Below, piece after piece: positions 16,683-23,214 of a stretch of DNA of 32,000 nucleotides (within the stretch, counting starts at the first letter, position 1; each line of letters opens with the position of its first letter). The translations under genes were made by a program, and so were the position numbers. The notes beneath the pieces were generated by a model that saw only the letters and a program-made list of their open reading frames with translations, did not search any database and had not been told where the DNA came from. Source of the DNA: Candidatus Velamenicoccus archaeovorus (GTDB lineage: Bacteria > Omnitrophota > Gorgyraeia > Velamenicoccales > Velamenicoccaceae); assembly GCF_004102945.1 (NCBI RefSeq), contig NZ_CP019384.1:840001-872000 (forward strand), given 5' to 3'.

Positions 16683-16715
16683 CAGGCAGATTCATCCGTT
16701 TCAGGCGTGTTGAAA

Positions 16716-16733
16716 GCCGCAACATTTTGCGGT
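16716..16733 (-). terminator. Weak candidate terminator hairpin after the tonB-like gene
   Basis: Minus strand CCGCAA-AATG-TTGCGG followed by CTTTCAA. The stem is short (6 bp) and the U-tract poor. Confidence 0.3.
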
Positions 16734-16773
16734 TCTTGTTGTTGCGCCTGCCTGGCTCTTCGAGGAGGGCGTA

Positions 16774-17451
16774 TTATTTCAGCTCGAAAGAGATGATGAC
16801 ATTAAAGGCAAGCTGTTCTTTATCCTGGAGTTTTATCGGGAATTCCGGGAAAGGCGATGATTCCTGGACGCTCTCTAAGGCAATCCGGCGCAGATACTCG
16901 TCATTCACGGATTTGGCCGTATCCACATGCGCTTCTTTGAGTTCGCCTGAGCGCGTGAGCGTGAAAGTCAAAAAGACCTCTCCTTCTTGGATATGCCTGT
17001 AGTTCCTGTACGCCTGTCTGCGGATCTTTTCGCGTACGATCTGGTAATAATTCTTATATTCCGGCGACTGAAAAACTTCGCCGGGGATATTGGGGGTCTG
17101 GACGGATTTCTTTTTTGGGCCCTCGGCTGCCGGCTTCATTTGTTGAGGGAGGTCTTCTTCCCGCTCCTGCCGGAAGATCTCCGCCTTGAGGAAATCATCA
17201 AGGATATTTTTGCGGTCTTCAGAGGCTTGTATCTGCGGGCTCGGTGTCTGAATGCGTTCTTTTTGGGCGACCGGCTCAGGCGAGATATCCCTGCCTTCTT
17301 TTTCATGACCGAAGCTCTGGACATAAGCGACTTCGATAGGCCTTTGGCTCGGCGCGTATGTCAGGATGTGGTAAGGCAGGGCCGCTATCAATCCAGCGTG
17401 GAAGATGGCTGAGAACGCCAGACACCTGTAGAAAAGGGTGTTTTCCTTCAT
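16774..17451 (-). CDS. TonB-family energy transducer (C-terminal TonB domain)
   Basis: N-terminal TM helix (FYRCLAFSAIFHAGLIAAL) and a charged/Pro-containing linker. C-terminal EGEVFLTFTLTRSGELKEAHV...SPFPEFP is typical of TonB_C. Start set to ATG 17451. Confidence 0.75.
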   Translation of the reverse strand: MKENTLFYRCLAFSAIFHAGLIAALPYHILTYAPSQRPIEVAYVQSFGHEKEGRDISPEPVAQKERIQTPSPQIQASEDRKNILDDFLKAEIFRQEREEDLPQQMKPAAEGPKKKSVQTPNIPGEVFQSPEYKNYYQIVREKIRRQAYRNYRHIQEGEVFLTFTLTRSGELKEAHVDTAKSVNDEYLRRIALESVQESSPFPEFPIKLQDKEQLAFNVIISFELK

Positions 17452-17457
17452 AGCAAT

Positions 17458-17487
17458 ATTGTAACAGAATATATGGCTGGATGGCAA
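17458..17487 (-). promoter_or_regulatory. Candidate promoter with extended -10 (TTGCCA-18 nt-TGtTACAAT), 6 nt upstream of the tonB-like ATG
   Basis: Minus strand: -35 TTGCCA (17487-17482), TGTTACAAT (17466-17458), then ATTGCT and ATG at 17451. There is no Shine-Dalgarno in between. Confidence 0.5.
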
Positions 17488-17490
17488 CGT

Positions 17491-17528
17491 GATCCTCCCC
17501 GCCCCGGACATGACCGGGGCGGGGATCC
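17491..17528 (-). terminator. GC-rich perfect hairpin after the TonB-dependent receptor gene (terminator-like, lacks a U-tract on the sense strand)
   Basis: CCCCGCCCCGG (17497-17507) / CCGGGGCGGGG (17514-17524), an 11-bp perfect stem with a 6-nt loop, flanked by GATC/GATC. Confidence 0.4.
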
Positions 17529-17538
17529 TTATTTCATT

Positions 17539-19533
17539 TCAGAACGTCAGGCGGCAGCCGGCCATGAACCGCCGTCCGGGCGCCGGATAGAAGTTGCGCG
17601 TGCTGCTGAATACGGAGACAACGCCGTATTCGGAATATTCCGCATCAAAGATATTGTCGATGCCGGCAAAGAGTTCCATATTCTTCCAGCGACGGCTCGC
17701 ATTCAGATCGACCGTGACGTAATCAGCCATTTTTGGATAAGCGTTTTGTTGGTCGCTGACGAGATACATGGATCCGACATAGTTGACCAGAAAATTGAGC
17801 GTGAAGGCCTGGTCAGGCGTCCAACGGAAGCCTCCGGAAGCCTTATGCATGGGGACCGCGGGGATGGTGTTGCCTTCGAACGATCCCTTGCCGAACACGG
17901 CGTCCGTATAAGTGTAATTGGCCGTGAGTTTGAATTGAGAGTTGACGGCGTATTCGCCCTGGGCTTCGAGGCCCTGGTGGGTTGTCTTGTCGTAATTACT
18001 GTTTTGGTAGGTCATTGGATTGAGGTATATTTCATTGGTGATCGCATGATGGAAGTAGTTCAGGGTGACGTTGGCCTGACGGGAGATCTTGTGGCGGATG
18101 CCCACCTCGATATCTTTGCCTTCCTGGGGTTTGAGTCCTGTGTTGAGTCCTCCGGAACCCCAGGTGTTGGAGGTAAAAAATTCGTCCACAAGAGGAAAGC
18201 GGAAGCTTGAGGAATAGTCGCAGTAAAAGTTTGTCGTGTCTCCGAGGAGATAGACAATGCCTATGTCATAGACGTCTGTTGTGAGGTTTTTCTTTTCTTT
18301 CAGGTCGACCTGCGTGATCTGGTGAAAGAGATATTGCGCCATCTCGTGGCGGTAACCCGCTTTGAGCGACAGGCGATCCGTCGCCTGGATACGGTCTTGC
18401 AGATAGATGCCTTGTGTATGTTTGGTGATGAGGATCTTATCGTTGGCAGCGCCCATCATGCCGTCTAAGATGTTGTCTTCGTCAAAATACAGGTCGGCGC
18501 CGAAAATAAGCGTGTTCGGCATATTGGCCAGAGAAGCGTCTATCGTATATTTGGGCGTGATGCCGACGGTCGTAATGTGGTTCTCGTTCGACCAGGACGA
18601 CGAGAAATACTGTGAATCGACGTCCCTGTTGCGGAAGGAGACGTTGGTTTGAAGTTGTCCCTTTTCTTTAAAATCCGCCTTGAGTTCCAGATCCGTATAG
18701 TAGTCTTCCGTCTGCGCCAGGTCGTCGGGCTTGGTCGTGGCGCGCCGGCCGAAGGCGAGCATCTGGGCTTCGCTCAAGGCGCCCGGGAGGCGATAATTAT
18801 CCGTATGATAACCAAAAGACAGGCCGCTGGACCAGGCCTGGCCGAAGGCATGGTTCAGCCGCATGGCGAAATCGTCGCGCAGCAGGTTGCTGTTTTGGCG
18901 GTATCCTTTTGTATCGTAATATTCGCCGGATGCCCATGCCGAGCTTTTATCGTTGGCCGCCGAGACTTCCACAAGCGTGCCGAAGGTGTTGTAGCTGCCT
19001 CCTTTTGTTTCCAGCTTGAAGGCAGGCCGGCCTTTTCCTTTCTTCGTGATGATGTTGATGACGCCGCCCGATGCGTTGTCGCCATAAAGGACGCTGGAAG
19101 CGCCCCTGACGATCTCGATGCGTTCGACCTGCGAGAGGGATATCTGGCTCCAGTCGGTATTGCTGAGGTCGATGGCATTGACCCTGCGGCCGTCGATCAG
19201 GACGAGCATGTTGCTGGGCCCTGTTTCGCCGAATCCGCGCATATCGACATTGACTGTTTTCCCCGTACCCGTATAGTCGCGGATCTCGATTCCCGCCTGG
19301 GCGCGCAGGATGTCCGGGATCGTCTGGGCATTGGATTCCCGGATATCCTCTTCGTCGATGATGGTCGTGTATTTGCTTGCGTTCTTGATCTCTTCGGCTG
19401 CACGTGATGCCGTCACCACGATGCGTTCCATTTCGATGACGTCTTCTTTCTTTCCTTTTGTTTCGGCCCAGGCCATCCGGACGGATGACAAGACGAGGGC
19501 CATCGCCACAACGATCCCTGTTCTTTTTCTCAT
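17539..19533 (-). CDS. TonB-dependent outer-membrane receptor, probably cobalamin/corrinoid (BtuB-like) given the upstream riboswitch
   Basis: Signal peptide MRKRTGIVVAMALVLSSVRMAWA, TonB box ERIVVTASR, plug plus beta-barrel sequence, terminal ...RLTF. Start set to ATG 19533 (GGGGGAG upstream). The ORF-track start at 19629 lies inside the riboswitch expression platform. Confidence 0.9.
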   Translation of the reverse strand: MRKRTGIVVAMALVLSSVRMAWAETKGKKEDVIEMERIVVTASRAAEEIKNASKYTTIIDEEDIRESNAQTIPDILRAQAGIEIRDYTGTGKTVNVDMRGFGETGPSNMLVLIDGRRVNAIDLSNTDWSQISLSQVERIEIVRGASSVLYGDNASGGVINIITKKGKGRPAFKLETKGGSYNTFGTLVEVSAANDKSSAWASGEYYDTKGYRQNSNLLRDDFAMRLNHAFGQAWSSGLSFGYHTDNYRLPGALSEAQMLAFGRRATTKPDDLAQTEDYYTDLELKADFKEKGQLQTNVSFRNRDVDSQYFSSSWSNENHITTVGITPKYTIDASLANMPNTLIFGADLYFDEDNILDGMMGAANDKILITKHTQGIYLQDRIQATDRLSLKAGYRHEMAQYLFHQITQVDLKEKKNLTTDVYDIGIVYLLGDTTNFYCDYSSSFRFPLVDEFFTSNTWGSGGLNTGLKPQEGKDIEVGIRHKISRQANVTLNYFHHAITNEIYLNPMTYQNSNYDKTTHQGLEAQGEYAVNSQFKLTANYTYTDAVFGKGSFEGNTIPAVPMHKASGGFRWTPDQAFTLNFLVNYVGSMYLVSDQQNAYPKMADYVTVDLNASRRWKNMELFAGIDNIFDAEYSEYGVVSVFSSTRNFYPAPGRRFMAGCRLTF

Positions 19534-19544
19534 GACACTCCCCC

Positions 19545-19585
19545 CAAAATAAAAAACCCTTGACCTCATAAAGAAGTCAAGGGTA
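19545..19585 (-). terminator. Intrinsic terminator forming the riboswitch expression platform
   Basis: Minus strand: CCCTTGAC-TTCTTTATGAG-GTCAAGGG followed by TTTTTTATTTT. It ends about 15 nt before the receptor's Shine-Dalgarno. Confidence 0.75.
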
Positions 19586-19639
19586 AAGCACCAAATGTAT
19601 CGTGCCTCGGCCTGAACCCTCGCAGCCAAAAGGTCTGAA

Positions 19640-19872
19640 ACTATAGGCAGGTCTTCTGGCTTACCTGCAGCTTAAGAGACGAGCCTTCCCGCTCTTTTAA
19701 AAAAAGAGCAGTGGCTGTGTGAGTCTCTGCTTTGCCCCGGCAATTCTAGCCGGGACGCAGGATTACAGCGGCGGGACCGCGGCCGAATTTCCAGCATGAA
19801 TTTTAAATAAAATTCGTGCTGAATCACGACACTTCCCTTGTTCCGTTACTGGGTGGTGCTGACGGAACGGCC
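19640..19872 (-). promoter_or_regulatory. Cobalamin (B12) riboswitch aptamer
   Basis: Minus-strand core motifs in canonical order: AAGGGAAG (19839-19832), GGAAATTC, GGTCCCGCCGCTGTAA (19778-19763), GCCACTG (19715-19709), GGGAAGGC (19690-19683), and B12 box AGCCAGAAGACCTGCC (19662-19646). Confidence 0.85.
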
Positions 19873-19888
19873 TATAGAAATAATAATG

Positions 19889-20395
19889 TTACTTCAAAAG
19901 AGCGGTTTCCAGGCGTGTTCCTTTGACGAGCCTGGCGGCAATCTCGTAGGTGCCGAAGAGAACGACGCTGGAAACAAGCGTTCCAGCGAGAAAATATCTG
20001 AAGAAAGGCACGGCGGCGATGAAGCACGCCTGCAATCCCTGCAGGGTCTGGGGGTACCACCCGGCGAGCCAGACGCCGAAATTTGTCACGACAAAAAAGA
20101 CCAGGGAAGACAAAAGCGAGCCGGCCAGGACGGTCGTGACCGCACGGGCATGGCGCAGGGAGATGCCGATCATGCTGATCAAAAGGACGGACCCCCAGGT
20201 GAAGATGACGGTGTTGTACATGCCGAGGAACAGGTCGCTGGTGATCATGAGGACGAGCGGCACGATGATAGCCAGTCTGCGACTAGGCAGGTGCGCGGCA
20301 GCAAAGAGCGCTATCGCGGCTACAGGGGTGACATTGGGAACATGAGGCAGAAATCTGCATAAAACGCCGATGACGATCAGGATCCAGGCTAACAT
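19889..20395 (-). CDS. Small polytopic membrane protein, DUF6580-like (putative vitamin/corrinoid transport component)
   Basis: 168 aa with 5-6 predicted TM helices. RFLPHVPNVTPVAAIALFAAA and FFVVTNFGVWL...YP.TL.GL.AC..AA.PFFR match my recollection of the DUF6580 family. AAGGAGG Shine-Dalgarno upstream. Confidence 0.65.
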   Translation of the reverse strand: MLAWILIVIGVLCRFLPHVPNVTPVAAIALFAAAHLPSRRLAIIVPLVLMITSDLFLGMYNTVIFTWGSVLLISMIGISLRHARAVTTVLAGSLLSSLVFFVVTNFGVWLAGWYPQTLQGLQACFIAAVPFFRYFLAGTLVSSVVLFGTYEIAARLVKGTRLETALLK

Positions 20396-20580
20396 CGAAC
20401 CTCCTTACTTCCGCCTCTGGCGAGATGACTTCCTGCCTGCCCCTTGGCAGGCCAGGCCGATTTCGCGAGCGCCCTGGCTTGCCTCCGGCGAGACCAAGGC
20501 GCCTGCGAGCGAAATTGGCAAGAGGTCAAGCGGGGAGTCTTTTTCTTTCTTTATCCAGTTTTTGGCGGAATGAGTCTTTT
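20396..20580. repeat. Leader element copy B (paralog of 16139-16287), directly abutting the Shine-Dalgarno of the DUF6580-like gene
   Basis: Same block order as copy A, with an expanded central hairpin: 20456-20466 pairs with 20509-20519, and there are inner stems at 20469-20473/20498-20502 and 20478-20492. An extra hairpin lies at 20435-20452. Confidence 0.7.
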
Positions 20581-20619
20581 TGCTGATTTTTCAATACAAG
20601 GAATCAAAACTATTCCTTA

Positions 20620-20647
20620 ATTTTATATACCCCTCTCCAAAAGTCAA
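20620..20647 (-). promoter_or_regulatory. Sigma70-type promoter (TTGACT-16 nt-TAAAAT) for the DUF6580-like gene / cobalamin locus
   Basis: Minus strand: -35 TTGACT (20647-20642), 16 nt, -10 TAAAAT (20625-20620). This implies a 5' UTR of about 215 nt. Confidence 0.6.
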
Positions 20648-20679
20648 GACAATTTTATCTCGTATCTGTGCAGGTTGAT

Positions 20680-21084
20680 CTATCCGTTGATCACAGAGAT
20701 GACCTTGGCGTTTTCCTTGGAGCTGATGACGAGCATGGCGCTGGTTTGCGCGCAGCCGCAGACCGTCCCGTAGACGTAATCCAGATTGATGCCGGCGTCC
20801 TTGATCTTTTTGGCAACGGCGGCCGCCGCTCCCACCTTGTCTTCCAGCATCACCGTGACGACGTCTTCTTCGGCCACTTGGAATCCCTTATTTTTCAATG
20901 CGCTCTTGGCGGCTGCGCTATTGTCCGCGAGGAGGGCGAAGTGGGCCTTGCCTTCTTCTCCCCATGCGCAGATGCCCTTGAGATTGACCTTGGCGTCCGA
21001 CAAGGCTGTCGTGACATTGGCAAATTCACCTACCTTATCATTGGTCGTGACGAGGATCTGTTTGCTCAATTGGGCTTTGGACAT
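20680..21084 (-). CDS. Tandem ACT-domain protein
   Basis: Two ~65-aa ACT-like repeats (ILVTTNDKVGEFANVTTALSDAKVNL... and VVTVMLEDKVGAAAAVAKKIKDAGINL...). AGGAGG Shine-Dalgarno. Confidence 0.75.
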   Translation of the reverse strand: MSKAQLSKQILVTTNDKVGEFANVTTALSDAKVNLKGICAWGEEGKAHFALLADNSAAAKSALKNKGFQVAEEDVVTVMLEDKVGAAAAVAKKIKDAGINLDYVYGTVCGCAQTSAMLVISSKENAKVISVING

Positions 21085-21096
21085 ATTTCCTCCTTT

Positions 21097-21666
21097 TTAT
21101 TGGGGCGTTTTTGGTTCTAGGCCCGTGGCATTATATTGATTGAACGAGTATATTTCCTGGGCGGGTTTCCTGTTTTTTTCGCGCAGCGTCTCATCCGAGT
21201 AGCCCAAAGAGATGAGGCAGACGATTTTTTTGGCGCGCGGCACACGCAGGACCCTTGCGGCTTGTCTTTCGTCGAACCATCCGATCCAGCAAGTAGCCAA
21301 ACCTGATTCGGCGGCCTGCAGGACAAAGTGCTCGACGGCGATTCCTATATCCATCAGCCAATAGGGCGTGCCGCGCAAAGAACCTATCACACGGGTCAGG
21401 AACCCGGCTTTCTCCGTGACGACGGCGATGATCACGGGCGCTTCTTTGACGAAACGGTTCATCGCATAAGGGCCGCTCAGGGACGCCTGACACAATGTGT
21501 CTTTCGTGGCCGGCTCGTCTACGACAATGAAATGCCACGGCTGGGAATTACAGGCGCTTGGCGCCAGACGCGCGGCTTCCAGGCAGTCGAGCACCATCTG
21601 CCGCGGGACGTTTTTGGGCAGGTAGGACCGGCAACTCTGGCGATGTTTGGCGAGTTCGATAAACAT
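21097..21666 (-). CDS. Nitroreductase-family flavoprotein
   Basis: RQSCRSY...APSACNSQPWHFIVV...IAVEHFVLQA..GL.TCWIG are typical nitroreductase motifs. Start set to ATG 21666 (MFIELAKHR), downstream of the zinc-ribbon gene's stop. No obvious Shine-Dalgarno, so the start is less certain. Confidence 0.8.
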   Translation of the reverse strand: MFIELAKHRQSCRSYLPKNVPRQMVLDCLEAARLAPSACNSQPWHFIVVDEPATKDTLCQASLSGPYAMNRFVKEAPVIIAVVTEKAGFLTRVIGSLRGTPYWLMDIGIAVEHFVLQAAESGLATCWIGWFDERQAARVLRVPRAKKIVCLISLGYSDETLREKNRKPAQEIYSFNQYNATGLEPKTPQ

Positions 21667-21677
21667 AAGATCGGTTT

Positions 21678-21869
21678 CTATATTATTTGCAGGAGGATGA
21701 ACGCTGCGATGATGATGGCAAGGACGATCAGGGCTGCGTATTTCCATCTTCCGGCCTTGATCTGCCCCAGGAACCCGGATCCTCTCCGCAGAGACGACCC
21801 GCAATAAAGACACAAAAGAGCGTCGTCATCTTGGATCCATCTGCCGCAGTGGGGGCAACCGGGGGACAT
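21678..21869 (-). CDS. Zinc-ribbon miniprotein with a C-terminal TM anchor (63 aa)
   Basis: CPHC...x11...CLYC pairs followed by the hydrophobic helix YAALIVLAIIIAAFILLQII. Coding status is inferred from motif and geometry only. Confidence 0.55.
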   Translation of the reverse strand: MSPGCPHCGRWIQDDDALLCLYCGSSLRRGSGFLGQIKAGRWKYAALIVLAIIIAAFILLQII

Positions 21870-21875
21870 GAAAAG

Positions 21876-21884
21876 ATTGTATCA
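21876..21884 (-). promoter_or_regulatory. Extended -10 element (TGaTACAAT), 6 nt upstream of the zinc-ribbon ATG
   Basis: Minus strand TGATACAAT-CTTTTC-ATG. No Shine-Dalgarno and only a poor -35. Confidence 0.4.
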
Positions 21885-21931
21885 CAAATGCGTTCTTAAG
21901 AGAAGAACAGGAATTCGGAAGGATCGGCCGT

Positions 21932-22267
21932 TTACGAATGGGCGTTTTGAGGCGCCTCGCAGAGGTCTATCTTTAAGGTATGGCAGAAGGTGACGAAAAA
22001 GCACTTCCCGTTGGCGATGCAGTAAATGCCGCCTTTCATGCGGATGTGGAATTTTTCCGTCTTTTCGCCGGTGTCCCTGTATTTGAGGACATAGATTTCT
22101 GGCTTTTCGTTCGTGTAGTTTTCCTGGACAGGGACTTCCTTGATGATATAAATGAGATACTTGTGGATCTTCGTGAGAATGCCGTCCTCATTGAAGGTCT
22201 CGGAAGCCCACAGGACCCTCTTTCTCTTGTCCATCGAAGTGAGGTTTTTGAAGACCATGTCTCTCAT
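21932..22267 (-). CDS. Hypothetical protein (111 aa), Cys-containing C-terminus
   Basis: ORF with AAAGGA 5 nt upstream of ATG 22267 (MRDMVFKNLTSMDKRKR...). I do not recognise a family. Local GC is visibly lower than in the neighbouring genes. Confidence 0.5.
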   Translation of the reverse strand: MRDMVFKNLTSMDKRKRVLWASETFNEDGILTKIHKYLIYIIKEVPVQENYTNEKPEIYVLKYRDTGEKTEKFHIRMKGGIYCIANGKCFFVTFCHTLKIDLCEAPQNAHS

Positions 22268-22536
22268 GAGATCCTTTCGCGCTATCCGCGTTCCTCCCCG
22301 CCCCATATAAAAAACGAGCCGAGCTGCCTTTCTTTTTTGCCTGTTTTACTTATGGCAACCCGGCAAATTTTGAAGCTGGGTATCGTAACTGACTCCAGTA
22401 TCTTGCATTAAAAATATGGCACAGAAAAAAAGTGAAAACAATAGCTGGGAAGGCCTCGCGGGAAAGCGCTTTCCTGTAAGGTCTGGCAAAAAAAAGAGAT
22501 AGGATATTTTTTTAGGAAGGGACGAAGGAGATGCCG

Positions 22537-23214
22537 CTATTTAAAGATCTTTTTAAACAGCGAGGTGGTATTGAAACGGGATTCTTTTTTTTGTAACAGC
22601 CTGGAGATGTTGGCTTTATGACGGACAAGCGAGAAGATGCCGAGAACGACGAGGAAGATCTCGATACTGACAGGAAGCTGAAGGATGAGTCCAAGCAAGG
22701 GAAGCGCTGCCGAACAGATAACGGATGCCAGGGACACGAAACCTGTTGCGAGGAAGAGGATAAGCCATGATCCCGTGATGAGGAGGACAAGAATAAAAAA
22801 TCTATCGATCAATATGGAAAATGCAATCAGTACCCCAAGGCTTGTCGCCACCCCCTTCCCTCCCTTAAAACCAAGAAAGATCGTCCAGTTGTGTCCGGCG
22901 ACGGCACAGACAGCAGACAGACAGAGGTAGAACGGCAGCGAAATGCCGGCCTGCGGCATGGCCTGCGGCGCAAAAAAAGCGTAACGCGACAGAAGAACGG
23001 CTGTGGTTCCTTTAAGGATATCAATGATCAGGACCAGGGTCCCTGCGCCTTTGCCGAGGACGCGAAAGGCGTTTGTGGCGCCGAGGTTGCCTGAGCCGTG
23101 TCGACGCAGGTCGATTCCCTTTAAAAGCCGGCCGAAGAGATAGGCCGTCGGGATGGCCCCTAAAAAGTAACTAACCAGAAGTCCGAGTAGTGGTTTTAGC
23201 ATGTGTTGAGCCAT
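22537..23214 (-). CDS. plsY: Glycerol-3-phosphate acyltransferase PlsY
   Basis: GAIPTAYLFGRLLKGIDLRRHGSGNLGATNAFRVLGK signature in a polytopic membrane protein. Confidence 0.9.
   Translation of the reverse strand: MAQHMLKPLLGLLVSYFLGAIPTAYLFGRLLKGIDLRRHGSGNLGATNAFRVLGKGAGTLVLIIDILKGTTAVLLSRYAFFAPQAMPQAGISLPFYLCLSAVCAVAGHNWTIFLGFKGGKGVATSLGVLIAFSILIDRFFILVLLITGSWLILFLATGFVSLASVICSAALPLLGLILQLPVSIEIFLVVLGIFSLVRHKANISRLLQKKESRFNTTSLFKKIFK

Noticed and set aside
19534-19629. N-terminal extension of the receptor ORF (MAARVQAEARYIW...). Similar ORF-track extensions occur at 3344-3430, 7706-7783, 13416-13502, 17452-17511, 21667-21813, 22268-22306 and 26188-26220.
   Set aside because: These extensions overlap the riboswitch terminator or upstream genes and lack family homology. 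In each case an internal start gives the canonical N-terminus (signal peptide, P-loop context and so on), with a Shine-Dalgarno or a stop/start coupling.
21097-21666. Nitroreductase as BluB (DMB synthase), because it lies close to the B12 locus.
   Set aside because: It is only 189 aa with generic nitroreductase motifs. I cannot see BluB-specific features, and an ACT-domain gene and a promoter separate it from the riboswitch locus.
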